A DNA stretch of 64,000 bases from Octopus vulgaris. Taxonomy: Eukaryota. Location: positions 25,544,001 through 25,608,000 of the forward strand of contig OX597819.1 of NCBI GenBank assembly GCA_951406725.2. Direction: 5' to 3'. Below the pieces are notes generated by a model. That model worked only from the letters and a program-made list of their open reading frames with translations. It searched no databases and was not told where the DNA came from. Of the stretch, positions 25,652 through 39,319 are shown piece after piece. Numbering within the stretch: the first letter of the stretch is position 1; each line of letters begins with the position of its first letter. Both the position numbers and the translations under genes were made by a program.

Positions 25652-26022
25652 GTGGAGGCGCAATGGCCCAGTGGTTAGGGCAGCGGACTCGCGGTTTCGA
25701 TTCCCAGACCGGGCGTTGTGACTGTTTATTGAGCGAAAGCACCTAAAAGCTCCACGAGGCTCCGGCAGGGGATGGTGGTGATCCCTGCTGTACTCTTTCA
25801 CCACAACTTTCTCTCATTCTTACTTCCTGTTTCTGTTGTACCTGTATTTCAAAGGGCCGGCCTTGTCACTCTCTGTGTCACGCTGAATATCTCCGAGAAC
25901 TACGTTAAAGGTACACGTGTCTGTGGAGTGCTCAGCCACTTACACGTTAATTTCACGAGCAGGCTGTTCCGTTGATTCGGATCAACCGGAACCCTCATCG
26001 TCGTAACCGACGGAGTGCTTCC
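25652..26022 (+). mobile_element. SINE family F, tail type 3
   Basis: Same head and body. Flanking repeat agtatattttct at 25636-25647 and 26023-26034. Confidence 0.85.
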
Positions 26023-26615
26023 AGTATATTTTCTCAGTTATATATACTTCAAAACTGACTTTCTATTTGTTTCTTTGCCTCGTTCTTTCTAGATTGCTTG
26101 CGCGTTTCGTTTTTCTCCCTTTCTCCCCTTCTCCATTTTCTTTTATAGTTCTCGTGCATTCTTTAAATTGCTTGCTACCCCTCTCATAAAACTGTTAACG
26201 CGATATGACAGTATGCATGTGTGTGTTTACCTAACTACCTACCTACCTATATATATATATATTTATATATTTATATATATAATTAATATAATATATGATA
26301 TATACATATTTAATTTATATAATATATATTATATATATAATTAATATAATATAATATGATATATATATATAATTAATATAATATATAATATATATATATA
26401 TACACACACATATGTATGTAAGCCGTCTATATGCATCTCCAACAATAGCGAGTAGTCGCCGTATTTCATTTCATAACGGGTACCTCTGATAAGCGCAGGG
26501 TTACACTATCTGACTGTTACCTAACACTCCGCTGAACTCCTAGTGTGAAACCGTAATGGATATATAATACTATAGACTTCATTTAATCTCTCTCTCTCTC
26601 TCTTTCAATATACAT

Positions 26616-26665
<50 letters not shown>

Positions 26666-26888
26666 ACATATATGCTAACTCTGAAACAGCAACCATTTTC
26701 ACGGAAGTAAGGGCCGTTGAAATATATTCAGAGTATTGTAAAGAAGGAATGAATTACACACGCATACGGACATATGGATACACTCACAGATATACGGGCA
26801 CACACACTTACACACACATGTACATGTGATATGTAGGTGTATTTCAATTAGCATGATTATATATATTTCAAGTATATATAAATGTTAT

Positions 26889-26958
<70 letters not shown>

Positions 26959-27567
26959 GTGTGTGTGTGTGTGCGTGCGTGTGTATACATGCATATGCAT
27001 GTATATATACTTGGTTCAGAACAATATCAGAGAATGACAGTAAAGATAAGATATAAAGAGGAAAATGAATTTGGTTTAAATTTTAATGTTAAACACTACA
27101 ATATGAAGAGTGCATTCGTGTATGAGTGTTGTTGTGTACATGTGTGCGTGTGGTTGTGTGTGAGAGAGGAGAGAAGAGAGAGAGAGTGACAGAAAGAAAA
27201 AAACAGAGGGAAACTGATTTATTTATATTCTGGCTCCCACCCCACACATTATATTCGCAGTGAAACACTATACTAAAACATTAACCACATTCATTTTGTT
27301 ATCTTTTAAATCTTAACTTTTAGTAACATTTTGCTATTTCCTCTTGCGTTGTCATATCTTATTAATCACCTATAACGGAACAGGCTTAACACCTGCAGTC
27401 GAGTTATGTATGAAATACGCACACTTCAGAATTGAATGTATGTACGTATTTATGTATGTACGTATGTACGGGGAAAACTAAAACACCCACTCACTACCCA
27501 CACATATACACACACACCCTCACACATACGTATGTATTTATGTATAAATGTATGTGTGTGCATTGTT

Positions 27568-27626
<59 letters not shown>

Positions 27627-27721
27627 AAATATAATTGTCACATATATTTACAGATAAATACTTCTGTTTACATCGTATCGAGGTTTCTTTCATTCTGTTG
27701 TTGTCTTGCCATTGTATTAAT

Positions 27722-27879
<158 letters not shown>

Positions 27880-28342
27880 CATATCTCTATATCTCTATCT
27901 ATCTATCTATCTATCTATCTAAATATATATATATATATAAGCTAACATAAATATGTAAACGTATGTAAGTATGTGTGTGTGTGTGTGTGTGTGTGCGTGT
28001 GTGCGAGGGTGTGCGTATGTGTACATTCATATGGAAAAAGAGAAAGAAAATGAAAAGGAGAGGGAGATGGGCAGAAAATGTCATAATAAACATAAACAGT
28101 TTTAAACCGTTAACTAGCAACAACACCAATAAAAAAAAAACAAAAAACAAACCAAACCAAATAAAACAAATATATAAAGAAAATATAAAAATAAAATGGC
28201 ATCAAAAAAGCAACGTTTCATTGAAAAGTTGGCATGAGATGGCAGACGATTTGGTAAACATCGTTTTTAATATCAAACCTGTCATTGAAATATTACTTGT
28301 CATGGACGCGGGAGATGGAGTAGAAGAGAGAATTAAACAACG

Positions 28343-28750
28343 TAGGAGTGGCTGTGTGGTAAGTAGCTTGCTTACAAACCACATGGTTCTGGGTTCAGTC
28401 CCACTGCGTGGCACCTTGGGCAAGTGTCCTTCTACTATAGCCTCGGGCCGACCAAAGCCTTGTGAGTGGATTTGGTAGACGGAGACTGAAAGAAGCCCGT
28501 CGTATATATGTATATATGTGTGTGTGTGTGTGTGTTTGTGTTTGTCCTCTTAGCATTGCTTGGCAACCCATGCTGGTGTGTTTACGTCCCCGTAACTTAG
28601 CGGTTCGGCAAAAGAGACCGATAGAATAAGTACCAGGCTTACAAAGAATAAGTCCTGGGGTCGATTTGATCGAGACTAAGGGCGGTGCTCCAGCATGGCC
28701 ACAGTCAAATGACTGAAACAAGTAAAAGAGTAAAAGAGTAAAAAAGAGTA
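28343..28750 (+). mobile_element. SINE family A, full length
   Basis: Matches the 24169 and 61519 copies. Confidence 0.92.
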
Positions 28751-28812
28751 ACTCGAAGAGATGGCAAAATGTTCATAATTGATAAGCACTTCGAATACAT
28801 GCACCAGTTCAA

Positions 28813-28847
<35 letters not shown>

Positions 28848-28927
28848 AGGAATTGAACCCAGTCACGCATACAGATGTGTTTTATGTAGATAGCAGTAGA
28901 TAAACATATATACAAACACACACACAC

Positions 28928-28965
<38 letters not shown>

Positions 28966-29101
28966 GATATAGGATAACATTTTTTTCGGGAAAAAAATTT
29001 TATCAATGGCCATCTATATCAAAAAATGCCTTTAAAGGTAAAATTTATACATAATTTACAAGATAAGGGTAGAATAAAAATTCTAATGGCAGATAAATTT
29101 G

Positions 29102-29153
<52 letters not shown>

Positions 29154-29560
29154 ACATATACATCCATATATATAGCCAGACATATCTTTGCGCGCGCGTG
29201 TGTATGTGTGTATGTGTGCATTGGTAATATTTGATCGGCTGGGACTTAAATTTTGCCATTAAGGGCGTTTTCAGCTGGTTCAACATCTGGTTTGAAGACG
29301 AAACTTGATGTCCCAGCTGATACAATTATTATCAATATATTCTACTCTGGGAACTATATACAAAGTTACAAAATCAGTAAAGGTTTCGTTTTCTAGGAGC
29401 TTAATCAAAACGGGCGCGCGCGATTACACACACGTGTGACAGGTACACCCCCCACACACACACGCATACACAACACACGCATACACAACACACGCACATA
29501 CACACACATATATGTATATAAATCTGTGTGCATATGTGTGAGTGTGTGTGTGTACAAGTA

Positions 29561-29600
<40 letters not shown>

Positions 29601-29603
<3 letters not shown>

Positions 29604-29718
29604 GTGATTACCGTGACCGACCAGGCTATCAGATGTTACTACACATCGCTGGTCACAATGCGCTTCACATTGTTTTAGCCTTCAAATGACGCCACCCGCT
29701 GGCTAAGCGAGCAGGCCA
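29601..29718 (-). mobile_element. Short RTE-related 3' stub within (TA)n
   Basis: Shares 'tgtgaccagcg(a/g)tgt' and the 'ctggtc..tca.ggt.atca' terminus with the RTE 3' end at 38297-38410. Confidence 0.55.
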
Positions 29719-30149
29719 ATATATATATATATATTTATATATATATATATATTTGCATATCTATCTTTCTATTCACGTACACACCCGCTTGCATGAACAC
29801 GCACACACACACATACACACGCTTATTCGCTCTCTCTCCCTCTCGCTCGTATATACTTTCTGACCGCTCTTACAAAACAGTAGTAATTGCAATGTAATCC
29901 ATCGAAATGTACTTAAATCGAAACTTGATAGGAAAACATTAGCAAGCAGGATAGCTTGATTATAGAGAATTTCCTGTAAAACTGATGAATAAAGATGAAT
30001 AATAAATAATAGAAGATATATTACTTGCACTAAACTCATAAAATCAAGACACAAGAAGCTGGTACTTTTCATAAACAAAAGCGACGCTGAATAGTGAAGA
30101 CATTTTACTGCAGAAGGTCAGCTTTTAAAGCTGATGTTAATTTAGATTT

Positions 30150-30335
30150 TAAATTTTGGCACAAGCACAGCAATTTCGGGAAAGGAGTTCGTCGATTACA
30201 TCGACCCCATTCCACAGTTAGTACTTATTTTATCGACCTCGAAGGATGAAAAGCAAGGTCAACCTCGACGGAATTTGAACTCAGAAACGTAAAAACCGAC
30301 GAAATGCCGCTAAATATTTTGCTCGGTATGCTGCC
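30150..30335 (-). mobile_element. SINE-B-related copy, alternative tail
   Basis: Conserved central domain and B-box. Confidence 0.75.
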
Positions 30336-30994
30336 TTAAAACTGATATTAATATCCATTCTAGTGAAGCCCTGAATTCTGCCAGCACGATGCCTTAACAA
30401 AAAATGATGATGATATCACCACTAAGAATGTATCAGTACTGATGCTCCTGACTATTGTAAGTTGACATAATACAAACCTATTCAAAAGTCTTCAAGCATA
30501 AGATGAAATGGAGACCCAAAACTATAGACGAATCTGAGGTCTTCACTTTTCCAAAGAATCTGTAAAGAACGAATTTAGGAAATACAGAAAATATTAAATA
30601 TTATAAAAATCCTTTATTGCAAAGGTAAAACTAAACTCATAGTCTTTTCAAAATATGTTGATGACAAAAATTGTATAGATACACACACAAACTCTTACAT
30701 AGACACGCATACATACTCGCGCAAACACATACCTGTTGATGCATGGTTAAGTGCGCGCACACACACGAGCACCCAAACACACACACACTCACACGCACAG
30801 ATACATAAAACACAACCACAAGCGCGAGCGCGCACACACACACTAGCATAAACCCTCACACACACACACGTTCACACAAATTCATATTAATGGAAGAAGA
30901 TTCTGAAATTATTACCCCAGCTTCGAGCGCTCGGCTAATAATCGGACACGTGAAATGCACGGAGATGTTTACTCAATTTTCATTTCGAATATAT

Positions 30995-31207
30995 TCTTTT
31001 CTACTCTAAGCACAAAGCCCGAAATTTTTGGGGAGGGGGCCAGTCGATTAGATCGATCCCAGGATGCAACTGGTACTTAGTTTATCGACTCCGAAAGGAT
31101 GAAAGGCAAAGTCGAACTCGGGGGAATTTGAACTCAGAACGCAAAGACAGACGAAGTACCGCCAAGCAGTTCACCCAGTGTGCTAACATTTCCGTCAGCT
31201 CGCCGTC
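30995..31207 (-). mobile_element. SINE family B, alternative-tail subfamily
   Basis: 17-bp TSD tttcatttcgaatatat at 30978-30994 and 31208-31224. Confidence 0.9.
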
Positions 31208-31261
31208 TTTCATTTCGAATATATCACTACAGTTTTGTTTTTCGTATTCGTACATACATAG

Positions 31262-31294
<33 letters not shown>

Positions 31295-31367
31295 GCTCCA
31301 TGAGGCCATCGCCGGTCAAGTAGTGTGGAGCGACTGACCTCCCTTGTTCGAAGGTTATATGGATACA

Positions 31368-31439
<72 letters not shown>

Positions 31440-31447
31440 GCATATAT

Positions 31448-31497
<50 letters not shown>

Positions 31498-31716
31498 CTT
31501 GTGTACATATATAAATGTATATATACATATATGTATATATGTCCAGAATAAGAAAATTTATACATACACACACACACACACCTATATATATATATATACA
31601 TATATATGTATGACTGTATGTCTGTGTACATATGTGAATATCAGCGTGTGGACATCGAAGTGGGGAGAAATATTCACACAAACACACACACACACACATA
31701 TATATATGTATGCGTG

Positions 31717-31752
<36 letters not shown>

Positions 31753-32558
31753 CATGTGTGTGTTTGTGTAGTATTTATGTATGTAAGTGTGTATATGTGC
31801 GTGTGAGTGTCCGGTGGTGCACGTGTGTGGCAAGTGTTATGGGCATATGTACGGGCTACTATGTGACTGTAAATTGTAGGTGACAATTGATAAGACGAGG
31901 GATGTGGGTGGAGGCGAAACTGGATAAAGAAGATTAAACATTTATTAGAAGTGACAATAAATGATTTCTCTTGGCTATCAAGAAACATATAACAGCTTGT
32001 ATGACATTCATGTTTAACGCTGAAAGTCTTAATTTCTTTTCATAGCAGACTTTTCATACTAATGAGATTCTTTCCATAGTTAAATATAATACAAGAATAA
32101 GGAAACAGTCGTAGGAATTTATTGTAAAACAATCCACATTAAAGTTGTATTCATTTCCAATTATATATGATGAAAAACAGCCCGAACACAGTAGTAAGTA
32201 TAATTTTTTTCGGACTATTAATGTCATTATTTACATCCAGTTTGCTTTTTCCGATGCAAACATTGATTGATTTTGATTTCGATGTTTTGTAGTAATTGAA
32301 TTACTCATGTGAAATGTCTTATATATCTTTAGTTCAAACGATTGTATAGGCATACCTCAAGTTATGTCGGTAATTGATTACAAAACGAATTGGCTTTACT
32401 TGAAAATCGACGTTACACGGGGGAAATAAATTCATTGAGATTCATTATCAAAGGACTTCCGGCCGCTTTGAAATACTATATGGTAAAAAAAATTAAACAC
32501 AAGTAAATAAAAAAATGATATAAGAAAATTTAAAAAGAAGCACCCCATCCTCAATATA

Positions 32559-32810
32559 TCTATTATATAAAATCCATTCTGTCTGTCTGTGTGTGTGTGT
32601 CTTTTAGGATATCGGACATCCTCCATCCGATTGCGCTCAAATTTGATATGTAGATACCGACGGTATCAGGGCGTGTATAGGTCTTGAAAAAATTACAAAA
32701 TTCGATTCTAGGTGAGAATGAGGTTTTGAGAAAAATTTGGTTTAAAAGTTTGACAACTCAGCACCGTCCATTGGAAGCGGGGGGGGGGTTGTTTTACTCG
32801 TATGTATATA
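32559..32810 (+). mobile_element. Helitron-like family D, 5' portion (may extend to 33192)
   Basis: A|TCTATTATATAAAA start. Homologous to 9285-9697 but lacks roughly 180 bp present there after 'ggtgagaatg'. Confidence 0.65.
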
Positions 32811-33192
32811 AAAACAATCATTTACCCGCTTAAAGATGTCGATATACTTTGTTGGACAGAAGTGGAGGTTAGAGGAGAAGCGTGGATTACAATGTTGACG
32901 AAAGGAGCAATCCATTATAATTGTTACTACTTCAAATCATCTACCATTTAAGTCAGAGAGAAAATAGGCTGCTCCATTTCTTCGATGGTTTCATTCCCAT
33001 TCTCTCATTCACGAGTTAAAAAAATGTTGTGGTAGCTATCGTCATCCGAGTTAAAGCTATAAACAATCGCAATTGATTCTTATTTTTCACATTTTACTTC
33101 GCTAACCACCAACTCGTCCGTCAAAATGGTATCATGATGCTTAGGACCATGAGGACCAGATTTAGTTGTAGTAGTAGCTTTCATGTGGGACA

Positions 33193-33566
33193 TCTTTATA
33201 TATAAAAGTGAAGTTGTGTGTCTGTCTCCTACGATTTAGATTCCTAACTACTCCCACATTTTGCGGTGCAGTGTAACCAAAAGCGGGTATCTGATAGTCG
33301 TGATTTATATCGAGCCCTTCCGGGTATTAGCGCGAGTCTACGATGAATCTACGATTTTAAAAATAATTTACCATCATTTTTTTCCATTTTCATGCATATT
33401 TTTTTAAAGGGAAGTAACTCTCTAAAAATGTCTACGATGAGTCAACGATTTAAAAAAAAATTACCATCATATTTTTTCTATTTTTAATGCATTTTTTGCT
33501 ATTTTTTGGCTATAACTCTCTAAAAATGCTGTATAGTTATTTCCCTTACAAACCCGAGCAACGCCG
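33193..33566 (+). mobile_element. Helitron family C, subtype 1, 3'-truncated inside the hairpin
   Basis: A|TC start. Ends 'cccgagcaacgccg' with no CTAG. Confidence 0.88.
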
Positions 33567-34535
33567 TTACGTATAAAATAGCAAAGCTCGTTAAGTTTAG
33601 CTCTAGAAATATTCTATAGAAATTATAAAAACGTTTAACATACTTTATAGTATATTATCTTTGCATAACAAAATACCGTGTCCCCCCAAGTCATTAAACT
33701 CAAACGTGCGTTTCAATTTCCTGATACGATCTAAAGCGTTACTTCATGGTTGAATGTAAGAATTATCAGTTTCAAAACTTAGATAAACAAATGTCAACAT
33801 TTTAACTATGTACATTTATTAACTTTTATTTGTTTTAATAATGATTTGTACTATTGTCACTATTATATTTGAGTTTCCAATTTACTTTTGGTATTTTAGT
33901 GCTTTAAAAACGTTTTATGATACTAAATATGTTTGCTGAAACCGACATAAAATCGCGTGAACCGTCTGATGTTGAGGTCAATTTTTCCAACTAGTTTCAT
34001 AAAAAAATCAATATTGAGTCAAGAAAATGAGCAACGCAACACGACATAAGCTGAAGTATGCCTCTATTTTCCGTGAACTTTATTCATTCATTTGTATAAA
34101 ACTCCTTAGTCTACTTAGAAAACGGTTAAGTTATAGATGATAAGTTTTAAGGATAAAACTAAATTAATGTTTAGTTTCCTTATACTTCAAAATGTTCTAT
34201 TAGTTCTATGATTTTTCACATATTCTGTATGTAATAATTCCTCTATTCACGCGACATTCAGTGTTTTCCACTTGCCGAATAAAATCCTAATGTAAATACA
34301 TGAGAAGTTGCGAGACCCACTAATACATACATACATACATACATACATACATGCATACAAACAATCATACATACATACATACATAGATACATACATACTT
34401 ACATATACATACATACATACATACATACATACATACATACATACATACATACAAACAATCATACATACATACATACATAGATACATACATACTTACATAT
34501 ACATACATACATACATACATACATACATACATACA

Positions 34536-34585
<50 letters not shown>

Positions 34586-34833
34586 GTGCAGGTATTAGTT
34601 AGAGAAGTTTAATACTTCTAAGGGATAATTACATCCAAATTTGCTCCTGGTTATTACCTGTGTAAGTACAGTCTTTTGTTAAGTTGTACGGTAGCAGGTG
34701 GTTCGGTTGGTAGACCGTAGTTTAGGTTATATAGGAGAAGAAAATGGATGTAATGACAAGGGGAGACTTGTCGTTTTCGCTGGTATGACTTTAATTTAAT
34801 TAGAAAATAAAGAAGGAAGCAAAGATAAAGATA

Positions 34834-34884
34834 GCATTTACGATCGTTTCAATTTACTAGTTTTAGTAAATCTCTTCAGAATGC
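34834..34884 (-). ncRNA. Type I hammerhead ribozyme motif, probably Penelope-associated
   Basis: Minus strand: GCATT-CTGAAGA-GATTTACTA-aaac-TAGTAAATT-GAAA-CGATCG-TA-AATGC. Perfect 5-bp helix I, 9-bp helix II, palindromic helix III, GUA cleavage triplet. Confidence 0.8.
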
Positions 34885-35895
34885 GAAAATAGATAGGTAC
34901 ATCGGTTAGGATGCGAAAATAATTGATACATAAGAGATGGTAATAAAAGGAAAGATAGTAAGGCTTACATTAAATTTTATACATACATATATTTACATAT
35001 ACATACATGCACACACACACACAACACCCCTCCATATATATAATTATGAGGAAAATATAAAGGAAAACCTTTACTACTGCGAAAATAATCAGCGCTCTAT
35101 AGGAGCAAATAATAACATATATATCAGTGGCGACTCAACACTCGGGCTTTTCGGGCTTATTCCGAGCATAAATTTAGTAAAGTGAACGTGTATTTGCAAG
35201 CTCGTTTTATTTCTGCCAAAACTGACTTCAAAATATGTAATTGCAGCCAATAACTCGGGCTCAAAAGTTACAACCTGAGTTGTTATCTATAATCGTACAA
35301 ATTAAAAGTAATTCAAATTCCATGATTTCATGAAACAAAAAATTCTATACGGATTATGATTAAAAATCCGTGTCTATGAAAAGTTTCCGTTCTACAATAT
35401 TGTTAAAGGAACGAAAAATTATCCAGCAACTCGAGCTAACATGAACGAACCTGGTAGGTGTAAAAGACTAACTGGCATCTCTTGTCAAGTGTACAGACGA
35501 CAGTCAGATCGCTGATGTGTGTTGTGCATTCCGCTGTTGTTATTTGATTGCTATTATTCTGTGCATCTGTGTGTACAGGTCAGTTGTGTTTTGCAGGGTT
35601 GCATTACGTTTACCCCTAACTTAGAAATGGAGAAATACATTGTTCTAAACATAAAAAAATAAGCCATTTGGGGTTAGATATACTGCGGAAAAACTTGAAA
35701 TTCTTCGAGCTGACATATGCCTTATGCGAAATTTGTGATGAGCCCGAATGATGCTGACAACGTGACATCGCTTCTGATACACATATATACATACATATAT
35801 GCATACATACATACATACATATATGCATACATACATATATACATACATACATACATGCATACATACATACATACATACATACATACATACATACA

Positions 35896-35931
<36 letters not shown>

Positions 35932-36376
35932 TATACATGTATTGCGTGTGGAAGAGGGCTGATGACCTTGACGTGTGCGTGGGTGTATGTGTAAGCGTGT
36001 TGATGTGGGGCTGGGAAGTGGTCAGTAATAGTGTTTGTGTGGTGGTGTGATGTGATGTAATGTGGTGTTGTGTGGTATGGTGGTGTAAGGGTCAGTGAGT
36101 GTAGTGTGCATATATATATGTATATACAAGCTACTATGTGGGTGCAAATTTTAGGAGACCATGGACTATAGGAAACAGAAACTGAGCATAGTTTATTTGA
36201 AGAAAATTAAGCAATTTTGATACACAATTATGCATTTATAATGTGTGTATGTGTGTGGTGGCCGAGTGCATACACGTACACATTACTATGAATCGAATGC
36301 AATCATTGATATAAATATACACACATATATATGTATGTATATATATATATGTATATATATATATGTATATATATGC

Positions 36377-36419
<43 letters not shown>

Positions 36420-36422
<3 letters not shown>

Positions 36423-36572
36423 GACGGCCTTCTTCCCGCTTCCGTCTACAAAATCCACTCAAAAAAGATTTGGCTATAGTAGAAGACACTTGCACAAGGT
36501 GCCACGCAGTTGGACTGAACTCGGTACCATTTGGTTGGTAAGGAAGCTACTCACCACATAACCACTTCTGCA
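36420..36572 (-). mobile_element. SINE family A, 5' half, diverged
   Basis: 'ggctatagtagaagacacttgcacaaggtgccacgcagt'. Confidence 0.8.
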
Positions 36573-37402
36573 TGTTTAAATATCTTTTTTAAAATCGTAG
36601 CTTCTAATCATTTACAATAACTGAAATATATTTTTCAATCAATAACTCTCTAGTAAAAGCTGAATAACAAGCTATGACAAACACACAGAGAATATACTTT
36701 ATCGTTATTTGCTGCCAAAGAATCCCAAAATATAACTACTTTTATTGAAAATTTATAATTAGCATCAACAAGAAATAAACGAAGAAACTCATAAGATATA
36801 TCAAAATATAAGGAAAACAAACAAACGAACATACTGAAATAGCAAATGGCGGATAGCTGAAAGAATACAGTTACTACCCACGAGAAAACTAGAGATTGTA
36901 TTTTTAAAGATATCTATTGACTCTTTCTTCACATTGATTTTTTTCAAACGTTAATCATTTTTCTGATTATTTAGTTGATTTAAGACATGTTAATCGAGGA
37001 TATGCGAAACTAATTAAAATCTCCGATGTTGATAGCCGAAAACAAAGCCACAGTAAATGTTTAATTGCATTTCAGTTTAATATCCTGGCTATATGCAAAG
37101 CGTAATAATCATTAATTTATAAATTCGTGAAAATTACTTCTCTGTCGTATATATATGTATGGTGGAAGAATCGGCTCTTTTATCTATTCAGCAAACTGAC
37201 ATTGTCTGACCTTTCTAAAGTATTCACAGATTGGAAGAACTTTCCTGTCAAGAAATTTCATGGTAATGGTATTGCACAGAAAAGAAAGAGTTGCCTGCGT
37301 ACGTACATACATACATACATACAGAAACATGTACGCACATATTAGATAGATAAGAAAGGAAAATATGTATGTTTCTATATATAGATATAGGCATGCATAT
37401 AT

Positions 37403-37438
<36 letters not shown>

Positions 37439-38124
37439 TTATACATATACTCCACATGTATACGGACGCACACATACATACATACATACATACATACATA
37501 CATACATACATACATACATACATACATACATACATACATACATTTGGTGAAATAGCTTAGGGGTTTCCATCAGTTGAATGTCCAGTTAAAACTGACACCT
37601 GGCCGTGAAAACGGCTTTAGCTGAGTCTAACCTGTTGCAAATGTCTGATAATTTCCTAACATTTTCCTGCGTGTAACGGAAAATATGAGTAGGATCATAG
37701 ATACAGCACATCAACTTCTTTGTAACCTAAGAACTAACAGCATTGTCAAGGGTCCCCGCGAGTGTGTATCAATACATATAGATGCGCAGGCCTGAGCATG
37801 ACTTTTGGAGGGAAACTCGTCGTTATTTGAGCATACAGATCTTTGGTTTCCAAGCTATCGCTTTTGTCCAATGGAAACGCTACCTTCTATGGGATGATGG
37901 TTACACTTTAGCACCAGCATCATCGCAGGAGTTACCGTCAGGAATGCAAAATGCTGGAACAGTCACTGGAAGTCATCTTGTCTGACGTTCTTGCCAGTCC
38001 ACTGCATTAGATTAATTATCTTATGTATGCTGACACTGAAAGGATGAATGGCGAAGTTGGCCATAAAGGGATTTCAAATTATGGCACTGAGAAATGAAAC
38101 AAACACTGCGAGTAATTTTATCAA

Positions 38125-38250
38125 TGGGAGTGGCTGTGTGGTAAGTAGCTTGCTTACCAACCACATGGTTTCGGGTTCAGTCGCACTGCGTGGCACTTTG
38201 GGCAAGTATCTTCTACTATATTTTCGGGAAACTGAAAGATGCCCGTCGTA

Positions 38251-38300
<50 letters not shown>

Positions 38301-38572
38301 CTGATCACCTTGACAGACCAGTCCGTCAGGCGTCCATTTGACACCGCTGGTCACAGCACGCTGTCCACTCCCCTCTGGATCGCGCCTTTCTCATCCACGT
38401 GATCCCAATTGTCCGGCGTGAGAGATGTCATCGCAGAGTATACACGCAGCAAGTATAGATGGGCAGGACACGTCGCCCGGGTCACCGATAATCGGTGGAC
38501 GCACGCAGTTGTCGAGTGATACCTGCGTGAGCGGAAAAGACCACACGGAAGACCTCCGCGACGGTGGAGTTA

Positions 38573-38636
<64 letters not shown>

Positions 38637-38830
38637 CTGTGTTTGTCTCTCCAGCATCGCTTCACAACCAATCCTGGTGTGTCTACGTCCCCGTAACTTA
38701 GCGGTTCGGCAAAAGAAACCGATAGAATAAGTACTAAGCTTCCAAAGAATAAGTCTGGGGTTGATTTGCTCGACTAGCGGCGGTGCTCCAGCATGGCCGC
38801 AGTCAAATGACTGAAGCAAGTAAAAGAGTA
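38125..38830 (+). mobile_element. SINE family A interrupted in its internal (TA)n by an RTE fragment
   Basis: Head 38125-38250, 3' half 38610-38830. Confidence 0.88.
38297..38576 (-). mobile_element. RTE-clade LINE 3' fragment with 5' inversion
   Basis: Plus 38412-38576 reads SGVRDVIAEYTRSKYRWAGHVARVTDNRWTHAVVE*YLRERKRPHGRPPRRWSYD. Minus 38410-38297 reads IGITWMRKARSRGEWTACCDQRCQMDA* plus a short UTR. Confidence 0.85.
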
Positions 38831-39319
38831 AATCGCTGCTCTATGAAAGAAAATTTTAAGACTTATTTTGATTTTATATTTCCTTGTTAAACTGTGACAA
38901 AAGATTCTAAGAGTCGACGACGTTTCAAAACTCTGCTATTATGTCAATTACATGTCGGTTATGACAATATCTCCTTTTACTGTTCTCTAATTTCTAAGTG
39001 TTAACGTTAGATTTTTCCAGACACATGGAAATATTTCGCCAGTCATTCAAATAACACCAAACAGCATAAGTTCAGATATGGTCAAGACTATCTTCTGCCT
39101 TGTACCTTTTCTGGATCGATAAAAAAAAGTACCAATGAAGTACCAAGATAATTTCTTTCCACTAGAGAAATAGGTAATAGATTTAAACAAAATATTTCGG
39201 AAAATTAATTCCATTATAAAAATCTTAGAAAAAGATTTGCATAGACATCAGATCAAACACCTGCAAGTATAACAACTTTTATTAACCGTTACAACTGATA
39301 TGCTCTAGAAACACACATA

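Noticed and set aside
26480-26570. ctgataag...gaaac hammerhead-like motif
   Set aside because: Core lacks G8 and the helices are not convincing.
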